Source: a virus (Duplodnaviria > Caudoviricetes). Taken from it: a DNA stretch of 50,965 nucleotides. A program made the position numbers and the translations under genes. A model generated the notes under the pieces. It saw only the letters and a program-made list of their open reading frames with translations. It ran no database searches and was not told the origin of the DNA. Location: the IMG/VR virus record IMGVR_UViG_3300037420_002479, positions 1 through 50,965 of that record. The stretch is one strand, 5' to 3'. The stretch's first letter is position 1. Each line of letters opens with the position of its first letter. Below, in pieces: positions 19,585-30,322 of the stretch.

Positions 19585-22500
19585 ATGACTGAGATTGCTG
19601 GGACTTTGGGGATTGAGCTGGTTTTACTCAGAGACGGGTTCAAACGTGACCTACAAGCGCTGCAATCGCTCAAGGGCGGACAGATTGCCCTACAAGCTGT
19701 TTTAGATACACGGCTGCTAAGGCAACAAATCAACAATCTCTCCCAACTTAAGCCCACGATTCAAGCTCAAGTTGCCATTACCAACCTGAATCAGGTTGAA
19801 TCGCAGCTTAAAACGCTAACCCGCGATCGACGAATCAGAGTTGGGATTGAGCTTGACGGTGCAGGACTCGATCGATTAGAAGCGCGATTAGGTCAACTAG
19901 GCAATAGATCTGTCAGGGTTGGCATTGCGGTTGATGACAGCGCGATTGATCGGCTCAATGGCAAGTTAAATGCACTGAGCGATCGTGTGGTTCGCGTTGG
20001 CGTAGCGATCGATGAATCAGGATTAACTAATCTAGAGAAACGCTTAGGGCAGTTCAGCAACAAGTCGTTTAGGGTGACGGCTCAGGTTGATGACAGGCAG
20101 TTAACCGCCCTCAATAAGCACCTTGACCTCAAACAAAAGCACTTCACCCAAGTCAACAACTATTTCAAATCATCCCCACTCACGCCACGAGTTGATTTCT
20201 CTGGATTAGATGCCCTCGATCGACGGCTGAATGACTTTAAGAATCGCTCGATCGATATCAAGGCGAATATTGCCGATGTTCGGCAGTCGATCTCCCAGCT
20301 CAAGCAAGAACTATCGGGAATTGAAATTCCGGTCACGGTTCGCACTGCCAACGGAGTGGCGTCATCCGCAACACAAACAATCTCACCCAAGATCGACTCA
20401 TCCAGCATTGAATCTGCCATTACAAAGGCTCTAGATAATTCGTTTAAGGGCTTTGAGAAGAATCTAGAGGGAGCTTTCAAGAAAGTTGGCAAGGGCAACA
20501 TTCTGGGCGGGTTGGGCGATATTCTCACCGCTCCCTTGAAACTTGCCACGGGTGCGATCGGAAGTGTCTTTTCGGGCGTTGGCTTAGGCGTTGGGCAGCA
20601 AATCAGCAAAGATTTAGGCAAGGGCATTTCTGAAGGAATTGACGCCCAACTAGCTCCCATCATTGGCAGTTTCCGGCTCGTGGGGCGTGAACTGGCATCG
20701 AGTCTCGTTAAAGAGTTGGTTGATAGCTTAGGGCAAGATGCAACCCTAGTTCAAGGCGTTATTCAAGATCTAGTAGGCAAGGATAACATTCTCGTTGAAT
20801 CGGGGGCAGTCAGATCTCGCCAAAAGCAGCAGCAGCAAAAAAACACTGTTGAAGCTACTCGATTCTTTCAGAATGAGGCGGAAAGCGCCAACGTAAGCCA
20901 GCTCCAAGCCGAACGACAGAAGTTAGGGGGGCAATTTGCCGCCGTTCAAGAATTAAAAGCAAACACGGCTCAAAAAACTGAGGCAGCCGCCAATAAATTA
21001 GGGGCGGGCAAGGTTAAACAAAACATTGAGCAGGCATCAGCTCAACTTAAGCAGAATCAGGAAACCGCCGCCACTCTCAATAAACAAATCAATTCAGAGA
21101 TCGGTGGCATTGAATCTGCCCGCAAATCACTCAGCCAACTAAAATCGAGCGGCACCGCCGATGCTTCTCAAATTGCTGAGGTTGAGAGTGGTATCGCCCA
21201 AAAAACCGCAAAATTATCACAACTGCAATCTGAGCTAGGGACTACCACGAGCAGTAGCAAGCAGATTGCCGAGCGGATCACTCGCTTAACTGACTCCCTA
21301 GCTGAAATTAATCGAACCGCTGAATCCTACTTTAGAGAAGAAGTTGAGCGGATCACCGAGATTGAGGATAAGCTGAGCGTTGCTCAACGTAAGTTAGAGC
21401 AAAAGCTACAGCCGTTTGAGGCAATTGAATCTTTAGGCAAAATTCGCACGCCCGAATCGATCGGGGCAGAGGTTCAAGCTCGGAAACAGAACATTTCAGG
21501 GCTGCAAGGTAAGCAGTCACAGCTTAGAGCTAGTGCAAAAGTAGATTCTACAGCGATCGACGAGCTGAGGCAGGCAAGGAATCAGGAATTACAAGTCCCT
21601 GATGCTCTGCAAGATAAAGATAAGATCCAATCGATCGAACGTCGAATCATTCAGATTCAAGAGCGGCAAGCGAAACGCAAGGCACTATATAACGACATTG
21701 GCAAAGCGATCGCTCAAGAGGAAACGCAACTTAGATCGCTCGATGCTCAAAGTGCTCAGCCTATTGCAGTACAGGCAAGAGCGTCGGGGCTAAATGCCTC
21801 TCTCTCGCAACTCGCACAAGATGAAGCTGAATTAAATCGGCTCGCTCAAGAGGCACTAGCGAAAGGAGATGAGGCGCGGGCGCGGCGACTCTTAGCGGGT
21901 AAAAAGCAGGCTCAAGAGGATCAGCAGGCTCTCCGCTCTAAGTTGGCATTACTAGGAGTTGCCCCCGCTGAAGTTAAAAAAACCGCTGCCAAGCCTGCTG
22001 AGACTCGCCCAGCAGATCAATCTAAAGCCTTGCCCGCGTCGCTTCAAAGCATCTTAGAAGAAACCGCCGCCCTTTCTGGTGTTGAGATTCCCAAAGGCAA
22101 AGCCCCCCGCTTAGTCGTTTCAGACAGCATCCAGGGCACAGGTCAATACGACAGCGATACCAATACCGTTGCCGTTAGCTCTCAAGTCGCTAAACAAGCG
22201 TTTCAGGGCAAATTGACCGAGGACATGGTAGAAACCTTTGTCCACGAGTTTCGCCATGCGGTTCAGAGTGCATTTGGGCAGATTGATGCACTGACTCAAG
22301 GATCAGCAACGCCACTACTTCAGCCAACCGCCGAAGAGTTAGCCAATGCCCCGATCGTGCGGGGGCGAACATTAGCCCAACGGATTGAGGGATCAGCTGC
22401 CAATGTTGCAGAGCGTAACCCCAACGTCAGCCGCGATCGGACTGAGAAACCGGCTCGATTATTAGAGGCAGATGCCTATACTTTCGCTGCTCGCAATACC

Positions 22501-25500
22501 TCACAAGTGTTTCAGAAGGTCGGGAAAGACGCTGCGATCGCTGACACGCTGCAACTCAGTGGCATTGGCGGACAGAAGATTCGAGACGCCTATAAGTCGC
22601 TGCAATCGGTGGTGGGTGAGGTTGGATCAACGGCAAAAGCAGCAGGGCTGAATATCGCCAAGGAATTAAACCAAGAAGTTGCAGATATTGCTCAAATTGG
22701 GGGTAGGCTCAAGCCGCTGATTGCGAAGTTAGGGGAGCTGGATGTTCTCCCAGCGGATGAGATTCGCCAAGTTCAGCAGCAGTTTGAAGTCGAACTTGCA
22801 GAGATTGAACAAGCAAAATCGCGGTTGAGAGGTGTTCTCGCAAATGCTCAGCAAGACCGAGCCATCGACGTTGCGGTTCAGAATCCGTTAGACTCAACCG
22901 TTGATCCCGAGGCGCTGCAAGGGTTTATCGAAAGAAAGATTGCCGCATCATCTCAAGGTGCTGTTAATCCTAAATATCAGATTGCTGATCCATTCGAGCC
23001 ACCCAAATCGCTGCAAAAACGGGCACAGGAATTCGGACAGTCTGCATCTAATGCGGCGGGCAAGGCTAAGAACTTTATTTTCAACCCCGATCGTGAGGTG
23101 ACGATCGATGTAGACAAACTGAGTAATTTTGCTCAGAAAGCTGGCGGCGTGGCTCGGGGCGGGATTGAGACGGGCAAAAATGTCGCCAGTGCTGTGCAGT
23201 CCGTAGCCACCTCTCAGCCCGTGCAAGCAGTGCTCGGGGCTACGGGCGGGGCTGTGAAGGCGCTCGGGGCAGTTGCTAAAACTAGCTATCAGCTTGCATC
23301 GGGTCTGGAATCGATCGCGCTGGATATGATCCCGCTCGGTCGGACCATCAAGGGGGTCACGAAGCAGCTCGTGATTCCGGCTGCTGGGTTTGCGGCTGCG
23401 ACTCATCTTCTCCCAGGTGGGGCGATTGCTGCTGAAGGGTTGAGCCACCTGGTTGGTGGGGCAATTACACCGCTAACTCAGGCAGCAGGCGGAGCGGCAT
23501 CGGCATCAGCATCAAGTCTGATTGCTCAAGCCATCCCTCAAACGGCAACGCTGTTTGGGCATACCGTTCCGAATGTACTTGCGCCTGCAGCTGCTCCCAT
23601 TACAAGCGCTGTCACGGGAGCCATTCAGGGCTTAAGTGCTTCCGTTGGAGAAATGGCAGTGCAAGCGGGCACGGTGATTCTCGGTGGCAAGTTGCTTCAG
23701 GGCACAGTGGGCAAGGCAGGAGAAGCAGCACTCAAGTCTGCACTGCCTCAAGAATCAAACACAAGAGCTTTACCTGCTGCATCTACTCGTGCATTGCCCC
23801 CAGTCAGAGAGAAGTCTGGAACCGTCGCGGTTACTGCTAATGCCGTTTCTCCTCAAGTTGAGATTGCCCCCACCTTTGAGCAGTTCACTAAGCCTCAGTT
23901 ACTGGCTGCCACACGCAAGTTAGGCATTCAGGGAACCAATACCAAGACTTCTAAGGATGACCTGGTTGAACGGTTGAAAGGATTTCGCAATCAGTCCCAA
24001 GTCGATCAAGTTCTCACGCAGGTTCAGTCTGAAATTGGCAGAGATGGAAAACCGATCGCTGGGTTTAATCCGGCTGCTGAAAAAGCCGCATTAAAGCAGT
24101 TTCAGAAGGCTGAGAAAGACCTCCATCGCAAGCTAGAGCAACTTGCCAAAGCATCTGGGAAAAAGCGAGAAACGCTACTGAACGAAATTCTTTCAGGGAT
24201 TGATGAGCAAACAGCCGCGATCGATGCGGCGAAAGCTCAAAACTTCTCTGGTGAAACGGTTAAACAACTCTCTGGCATTCAAGGGCGCTTACGCAATGCA
24301 GGCAATAACAATCCTGCATTAGTGGATGCTCGAAACGAACGGATTACCACAATTCGCAGTGCGGCGGTGGATTCGCAGAATGCCCGGATTCGGGGACTCG
24401 CTAGAGTTGCCATTGAAGAAGCGGAACCTGCCACAGCAACACTCGGCACAACGCTGAAAGAAGGATTTCGCAAACTCACCAACTTTGCGGCAAAGCAATT
24501 TGAGGTACAGCCCCAACCGACAATTAAGGGGACATTGGGCGCGATCGCCAAGTCACCCAAGGCGCGAGATTTAGCCACTGATCTAGCAGTCAATGGAGCC
24601 GGATTTGCTGCCTCACAGCTAGGTAGTCAGTTCGGCATTTTGCCAGAGCTAACGGGCGATCTGGGGGGTGCATTAATTGCTCGTCAACTCATCTCTCGTG
24701 GTAGACCCAGCGCGAAAGATTTGACGGGTGATTTGGCAGGGTTCGCGATCGGTAACACAACTGCCAAGATTGCCAATGCAGGACTCGATGCCCTCTCAGG
24801 TGTGGTTCCCGGCGCTGGTCTGCTGAGGGCACTACCGTTTAAGGGTGCGATCGCGGCATCACTCACGGTTCCCAAAGTCACCAAAGCCGCAGAACAGTTT
24901 CAGCAATCCCCAATTGAGGGACTTGCTAGGGCGCAAACGCCCACAGGCTTTACAGGGCTAGTTGATAAATTTAGATCTCTGCTGCCCAATAATGAGCGCA
25001 AACTTGCCCAAATTCAGCGCAATTATGAATCGATTTATCGGGAGATTGCAGCAGTATCAGGGGCAGCATTCGATCCTGCCAACATTCCCAAACTCTCGAT
25101 CGATAACAAGCGACTGAAGCAGCTCGGAGCGCAAGCCTATTTCGAGATTGAGCAGAATTTAATCACTATAGATCGAGAGATTGCCAATGCTCTTGCTAAA
25201 CCTGCAAACGAGCTGAGCAAGTACACCGATAAGCTCACGGGGTTGATCCACGAGGGTAGACACAGCATTCAACTCGACGGCGGACGCCTCAGCATTGATC
25301 AGGCAGCAGCATCGGGGCAGCTCGCCAATGGTGACAAACTCAGCATTGATCAACGGGCACAGGTTGAAAAATCAGTCGATGTTGCCCGCAAGCAAGGGGC
25401 AAGTGCTCAGCAGCTCGAATCGGTGAGGAAACTTGAAACCGATGCCTACGCCTTTGAAGGTAACGCGGGGCAGATTGTTTCTAAGGCATCTCGTCCTGAT

Positions 25501-28500
25501 CCATTGCAAGCGGCACGTCTTGAGGCTGAGCTTGCATCGAGAAGCATTGGGTCAGGTGCAACAATTCAAGGGTTGACTAGCGATCGGGATATTGCGATCG
25601 TGGGTCGGGCGCAGAGCAATGCTGAGAAGTTCGATCAAAAAGCAGCCCGAATTCAGCGTAGTCAGGACAAAGTATTTGCCAAGCAGGTTGATCCGCTTCA
25701 GGGCGGTGGTGAGGATGCAGCATCACGGCTCAAGGGCACGATCGCGAAGGAAGCGGGCGACTATGCTAAGGCGGCGAATGAAAGCCTCAAGGCACTTGGC
25801 GTCAATCTTCCAGGCATTGGTAAAGCGTTGTCAGGATTGTTCTCAGGTGGAGCATCTGATGGCTTTAGCAAGATCAATGGTGGCTTAAAGTTCCTCGCTC
25901 AGAATGCAGCGATCGCGATTAAGGGATTTGTCGCGTTCCAGGTTCTATCTACTGTTGTGCCTGCTATTCAGCAGTTTGCAACCGAATCAGTTAACGCAGC
26001 AATCAAGTTAGATAACCTTAAGACCGCCCTCAGTTTTGGCTCAGGTGGGGCGAGCAATGCTGTCAAAGATTTAGCATTCGTTCGAGGCGAGGCAACACGG
26101 TTAGGGGTGCCGCTGTCTTCCCTGCAAGATGGATTCGTGAAGCTCTCGGCGTCTACCAAGGGCACCTCAAGTGCTGGGCAAACCACGAAAGATTTGATTA
26201 CGGGGTTAGCTCAGGCGTCTACCACCTTGGGGTTGAGTGCTGAAGAGTCGGGCGGAGCAATTCTGGCGTTGTCTCAAATCGCCAGCAAGGGTTCCGTCCA
26301 AGCCGAAGAATTGCGGGGTCAGCTCGGTGAGCGAATTCCAGGGGCTTTTGGCATTGCGGCTAGAGCGATGGGTGTTACCGAGGGGCAATTAAATAAGCTC
26401 TTAGAAACGGGTTCAGTCACGGCGGATGAGTTTTTGCCGAAGCTCGGAAGGCAGTTGCAGATCGAATTTGCGGGTAGCGCCGAATCTGCCTCAAAGAACG
26501 TTCAATCGTCCTTTTATCGGCTGGGCAATTCGTTTCAGCAGTTACAGGAAAAGACTGGAAAGGTGTTTACACCGAATACCTTTGCAGTTGATGGGGCGGC
26601 AAAAGGGATTGATGCTCTTGGTAATAGCCTAGGCGTTGTCATTCCTTCCGTCATCACGTTTGGCTTAGTGTTGGGCGTTCCGCTTCTAGCTCCATTGTTT
26701 GAAGCCGTGACGGGCATGGGTAGAGCGAAGATAGCATTGGATGCTTTGGGGAAAGGCTTTAACGCAGTTAAAGGCAATATTGGCAGTCTTGCGCTAAAAG
26801 CCGGAATTTCGACGATCGCAACTCTTGGTGCAATCGAAGCGGGTCGAACGATCGGGGAAGTTTTCAGCCTGGACGAGGAAGGCAAGCAGTTTGAGGATCT
26901 TGGAAATAAAGGGCAGCAGAATCTAGAGCGGATTGCAGAAGCGGCGAAACGGGCGAAGGGTGAAATCGATAAGGTTTCTGAGCCGAAGAAGTCCACGTCT
27001 AAAGGCTTTGATTTTACCCTCGGCTTAGCAAGCGCTACAGGGCTAGATCAAACGGGTTTTTCGCTCAAATCTGACGATCTGATCAAGCTTAACAACAAGT
27101 CTTCGATCTCTGGATTTATTCCAGGCTTCAAACCATTTGCAGATTTCGCTGGAAGATTCAGCGATCCAATTGCGCAGATTTCATCACGACTCACAGGAGG
27201 ACGGTTTGAATTCAGACCTGGAACCACTGTTGAAGAATTGCAGCAACAGCGTGACCAAATCAGTTTCAACCGCTTTCTTGACCAAGGAAACAATTTAGCC
27301 CAGCAAGCGTTTAGCGGTCAGATTGATGTCACGGGCAAAGATGGCAAGCGTCAGCAAGTCGATATTGGCACGTCGCTGAAAGACCTTAAGGCAACTGACG
27401 ATCGTATTCAACAACTTCGCAACGAACGAGGTCAAGTTGCCTCACAACCCAAGGCAGATAAGGTTCGTGTCGGGAGGATTGATGATGAGATTCAGAGGCT
27501 TACGACGGAACGGGCACAAAAAGCATCTCCGCTATTAGAACTGCAAGCCTCAATTCAATCAAAAATTAGCGACGATCAAAACCTACTGAAAGATGACAAG
27601 CTGTCAGGATCTAGAAAAGATTCGGTAAGAAGCGAAATTCAGGGCTTGGAGAACGCTCAAGCATTGTTGAATCGCCTGCAAAATCGCTTTGAAACTGCTG
27701 CTGATACGGTTTCAGATTTTAAGGCGGCACTCAACGCTATGAACGTGGAGCTAGAGCAGGCGAAGCGAAACGCAGACCTAAAGTTCAGTATTGATACCAC
27801 GGGTGATATCAAAGCTCAAATAGAGAACTTCGGTAGCGACATCAACGCAAGTATCAAGGCTCCAGTTCAAGCCGCAATTCGAGAGGCAGAGAGATCTCAA
27901 GCTCAACTAGAAGATAGTCGTGCGGCAATTGAAAGGGCTGAGAAGAAGGCTCAAAAGCCAGGTGTTAAGTCGGCTTTAGACAATATTCGCACCTCAACAG
28001 GTCAGTCGATTTCGCTTGATTCAAGCGTTAAAGAGTTGGAGGATGCGAAAGCGGCGTCTGGTCAGGACGAAGCTAAGAAAAAGCTGATTGATGAATTAAT
28101 CGATCGGAAGCGGGCACTCGATCAAGAATCTGAGCTAGAGCAAAAAGCTTCAACAGATCGACTTAATGTTCGTAAGGCTGAAGAACAGGCGAAACTGGCT
28201 TTGATTCAAAAAGCTTCAGCAGAGCGTGAGTCGCAGATTAAACGTGACTCCAACACAGCCCAAATTGGGTTGCTTCAGAAACAAAAAGCTGGAAACACCT
28301 ATGAATCTGATATCCAGGTTGAGAATGCGAAGCAGACGCTCTCGAAAGGTCAAGCTGAACTGGACAGCACCAAGCAACAGTTAGATGCGATCGAGTCTGC
28401 CTACGCTGCCAATCAAATTTCTGCTGAAGAGTATGAGAAGCAACGCAGGGAAATCGGCGACCGCATCAGCGATCAGGAAGTTCAAAATGCTCAGAATGAG

Positions 28501-30234
28501 GTTGCCTTAGTCAAAGCAACCGAGCAGGCGAAATTATCTGAACTCGATCGGGCGGCTCGTAAGCGTGAAGCCTCTATCAAACAAAATGACTCACGGGCTA
28601 CCGCATCACTTGTCGGAGACAAAACGAACGGTTTAGTTTCCGACGATGTATTCTCAATTGCCCAAGCCAAAAACTCACTCACCACGACTAATGCCCAACA
28701 GTCCAACGTTCAAGCCCAGTTAGACGAGATTGAGCAGGCTTACGCCCGTGGGATTGTCAAAAAAGAGGAATACGAAAAACGATCGCAGGATTTGACCAAT
28801 AGCCTTGCTGATTTATCTGTGCAGAAAGCGCAGAACGAACTCGCTCTGAGAGAAGCGATCGACAAAAAAGCGATTGAATCTCAGAAGCGGTTGTTAACGG
28901 GCACTGGGTTGGATCAGGGGTTGCTTGGGAACCAAGGGCAAGCTGCCCTGATTGGTATCGATTTAGCGGTGTCTCAGAAGCGACTGGGCAAGCAAGAAAC
29001 CGAAGCAAGTAGTCTTCAGCAGCAGTTAACCGAAGCGAGCGGGGCGGTGAATGCAGGCGGAGATATCTTTGCTCAATTTGATAATGCCAAGAAGGTTGGT
29101 AGCGCGAAGGAGATTGAAGAGAGGCTGAACCGTATCACCGCCAGTTCTAGCGAGGAACGGACTAAGATTCGGGAGCTGGAACTGCAACGGGATCTTAAAC
29201 TGATTCAAGCTCGTGCTGAAGCCGAGGAGCGAGAACTAGATCGAAAGAAATCGGCTTTGGATTCTGAATTGAAGTTGAGCCAAGCGATCGCGGATTCTCG
29301 CCAGAGTCAATTGAAAATTGGTATCGATCGTAACGGCGAATCGGTTGACGCCTTCAAACAGCTTCAGGGTAAAAATGCCGGATATCAACTGAGTAAAGTT
29401 CTGAAGGATCAGTTGACTGAAGCAGGCTTTAATACCTCAAATACCCAACAAGGGGTGATTGACGCTCTGCAAAACAAACAGGCACTGGAGGCTGAAGCTG
29501 ACAGAGAAAAAGTAGCGGCGTTGTTGCAGCAACAGGCTCTAGAGCGAGAATCAGTGAAGCTGGGTTTACAGAAAGAGCAAATTAGCGCTCGGACTGCATT
29601 AAATGAAGCGAAGCGAGTCAAGGCACTGGCGAAACTGAATCTTGCTGAGGCTCAAGGGGGACTGGCTAAGGCGCGGCGTTCTGGCAACGCAGACGAGATT
29701 CAATCGGCTCAAGAGCAGCTTAAATTTGCTCAAGAGGCAGTGGGACTGGCAGGGGAGAATAAGGGGTTAGCTGAACTCAACGTGCAGTCCGTTGACAAGC
29801 GGGTTCAGAATGAGCTTGCAGCAAGCGATTTTAGACAGGCACAGCAGCGCTCTGAACTGGATGCTCAGAATCAAGCTGCTTACCGGGCACGTCGCCGTGA
29901 AGCTGCTTCGACTGCCGACGAAGTTAAATTTACAGGTCAGCTTAATTTCGCTAACGTCGCACCAAGCGCTGTTCTGCAAGCTCCTGAAACGACTGGGCTA
30001 CCGTCCATTGTTCCGACCGTGACGCCCAACACGAATCAGGTAAGCCAAACAGTCAGCACAGCGGCTTCAACGACAAACAATGCCGATGTAGTCGCCAAGT
30101 TGGAACAACTGTATACCGGGATCATTGAGTTGGCGAATAAGCCTCGTTCTCTCACCTTCAACACAGCTCAACCTGTGGACGATTATGCGAAATTCATGAA
30201 TGATGCCGCAGGCTCTAGCTTGCGTTCTCAGTAA
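19585..30234 (+). CDS. Tape measure protein, 3549 aa, multidomain
   Basis: Tape-measure domain (ALSQIASKGSVQAEELRGQLGERIPGA), long coiled coils, two HExxH regions. Confidence 0.92.
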   Translation: MTEIAGTLGIELVLLRDGFKRDLQALQSLKGGQIALQAVLDTRLLRQQINNLSQLKPTIQAQVAITNLNQVESQLKTLTRDRRIRVGIELDGAGLDRLEARLGQLGNRSVRVGIAVDDSAIDRLNGKLNALSDRVVRVGVAIDESGLTNLEKRLGQFSNKSFRVTAQVDDRQLTALNKHLDLKQKHFTQVNNYFKSSPLTPRVDFSGLDALDRRLNDFKNRSIDIKANIADVRQSISQLKQELSGIEIPVTVRTANGVASSATQTISPKIDSSSIESAITKALDNSFKGFEKNLEGAFKKVGKGNILGGLGDILTAPLKLATGAIGSVFSGVGLGVGQQISKDLGKGISEGIDAQLAPIIGSFRLVGRELASSLVKELVDSLGQDATLVQGVIQDLVGKDNILVESGAVRSRQKQQQQKNTVEATRFFQNEAESANVSQLQAERQKLGGQFAAVQELKANTAQKTEAAANKLGAGKVKQNIEQASAQLKQNQETAATLNKQINSEIGGIESARKSLSQLKSSGTADASQIAEVESGIAQKTAKLSQLQSELGTTTSSSKQIAERITRLTDSLAEINRTAESYFREEVERITEIEDKLSVAQRKLEQKLQPFEAIESLGKIRTPESIGAEVQARKQNISGLQGKQSQLRASAKVDSTAIDELRQARNQELQVPDALQDKDKIQSIERRIIQIQERQAKRKALYNDIGKAIAQEETQLRSLDAQSAQPIAVQARASGLNASLSQLAQDEAELNRLAQEALAKGDEARARRLLAGKKQAQEDQQALRSKLALLGVAPAEVKKTAAKPAETRPADQSKALPASLQSILEETAALSGVEIPKGKAPRLVVSDSIQGTGQYDSDTNTVAVSSQVAKQAFQGKLTEDMVETFVHEFRHAVQSAFGQIDALTQGSATPLLQPTAEELANAPIVRGRTLAQRIEGSAANVAERNPNVSRDRTEKPARLLEADAYTFAARNTSQVFQKVGKDAAIADTLQLSGIGGQKIRDAYKSLQSVVGEVGSTAKAAGLNIAKELNQEVADIAQIGGRLKPLIAKLGELDVLPADEIRQVQQQFEVELAEIEQAKSRLRGVLANAQQDRAIDVAVQNPLDSTVDPEALQGFIERKIAASSQGAVNPKYQIADPFEPPKSLQKRAQEFGQSASNAAGKAKNFIFNPDREVTIDVDKLSNFAQKAGGVARGGIETGKNVASAVQSVATSQPVQAVLGATGGAVKALGAVAKTSYQLASGLESIALDMIPLGRTIKGVTKQLVIPAAGFAAATHLLPGGAIAAEGLSHLVGGAITPLTQAAGGAASASASSLIAQAIPQTATLFGHTVPNVLAPAAAPITSAVTGAIQGLSASVGEMAVQAGTVILGGKLLQGTVGKAGEAALKSALPQESNTRALPAASTRALPPVREKSGTVAVTANAVSPQVEIAPTFEQFTKPQLLAATRKLGIQGTNTKTSKDDLVERLKGFRNQSQVDQVLTQVQSEIGRDGKPIAGFNPAAEKAALKQFQKAEKDLHRKLEQLAKASGKKRETLLNEILSGIDEQTAAIDAAKAQNFSGETVKQLSGIQGRLRNAGNNNPALVDARNERITTIRSAAVDSQNARIRGLARVAIEEAEPATATLGTTLKEGFRKLTNFAAKQFEVQPQPTIKGTLGAIAKSPKARDLATDLAVNGAGFAASQLGSQFGILPELTGDLGGALIARQLISRGRPSAKDLTGDLAGFAIGNTTAKIANAGLDALSGVVPGAGLLRALPFKGAIAASLTVPKVTKAAEQFQQSPIEGLARAQTPTGFTGLVDKFRSLLPNNERKLAQIQRNYESIYREIAAVSGAAFDPANIPKLSIDNKRLKQLGAQAYFEIEQNLITIDREIANALAKPANELSKYTDKLTGLIHEGRHSIQLDGGRLSIDQAAASGQLANGDKLSIDQRAQVEKSVDVARKQGASAQQLESVRKLETDAYAFEGNAGQIVSKASRPDPLQAARLEAELASRSIGSGATIQGLTSDRDIAIVGRAQSNAEKFDQKAARIQRSQDKVFAKQVDPLQGGGEDAASRLKGTIAKEAGDYAKAANESLKALGVNLPGIGKALSGLFSGGASDGFSKINGGLKFLAQNAAIAIKGFVAFQVLSTVVPAIQQFATESVNAAIKLDNLKTALSFGSGGASNAVKDLAFVRGEATRLGVPLSSLQDGFVKLSASTKGTSSAGQTTKDLITGLAQASTTLGLSAEESGGAILALSQIASKGSVQAEELRGQLGERIPGAFGIAARAMGVTEGQLNKLLETGSVTADEFLPKLGRQLQIEFAGSAESASKNVQSSFYRLGNSFQQLQEKTGKVFTPNTFAVDGAAKGIDALGNSLGVVIPSVITFGLVLGVPLLAPLFEAVTGMGRAKIALDALGKGFNAVKGNIGSLALKAGISTIATLGAIEAGRTIGEVFSLDEEGKQFEDLGNKGQQNLERIAEAAKRAKGEIDKVSEPKKSTSKGFDFTLGLASATGLDQTGFSLKSDDLIKLNNKSSISGFIPGFKPFADFAGRFSDPIAQISSRLTGGRFEFRPGTTVEELQQQRDQISFNRFLDQGNNLAQQAFSGQIDVTGKDGKRQQVDIGTSLKDLKATDDRIQQLRNERGQVASQPKADKVRVGRIDDEIQRLTTERAQKASPLLELQASIQSKISDDQNLLKDDKLSGSRKDSVRSEIQGLENAQALLNRLQNRFETAADTVSDFKAALNAMNVELEQAKRNADLKFSIDTTGDIKAQIENFGSDINASIKAPVQAAIREAERSQAQLEDSRAAIERAEKKAQKPGVKSALDNIRTSTGQSISLDSSVKELEDAKAASGQDEAKKKLIDELIDRKRALDQESELEQKASTDRLNVRKAEEQAKLALIQKASAERESQIKRDSNTAQIGLLQKQKAGNTYESDIQVENAKQTLSKGQAELDSTKQQLDAIESAYAANQISAEEYEKQRREIGDRISDQEVQNAQNEVALVKATEQAKLSELDRAARKREASIKQNDSRATASLVGDKTNGLVSDDVFSIAQAKNSLTTTNAQQSNVQAQLDEIEQAYARGIVKKEEYEKRSQDLTNSLADLSVQKAQNELALREAIDKKAIESQKRLLTGTGLDQGLLGNQGQAALIGIDLAVSQKRLGKQETEASSLQQQLTEASGAVNAGGDIFAQFDNAKKVGSAKEIEERLNRITASSSEERTKIRELELQRDLKLIQARAEAEERELDRKKSALDSELKLSQAIADSRQSQLKIGIDRNGESVDAFKQLQGKNAGYQLSKVLKDQLTEAGFNTSNTQQGVIDALQNKQALEAEADREKVAALLQQQALERESVKLGLQKEQISARTALNEAKRVKALAKLNLAEAQGGLAKARRSGNADEIQSAQEQLKFAQEAVGLAGENKGLAELNVQSVDKRVQNELAASDFRQAQQRSELDAQNQAAYRARRREAASTADEVKFTGQLNFANVAPSAVLQAPETTGLPSIVPTVTPNTNQVSQTVSTAASTTNNADVVAKLEQLYTGIIELANKPRSLTFNTAQPVDDYAKFMNDAAGSSLRSQ

Positions 30235-30322
30235 GTCAGGAGTTCCAGACTACTGATGACTGAATGAGTGCCAAAATTTTACAATAGGGGTGTATAAGTA
30301 GAACGGTTTGCCTAGAGTAACC

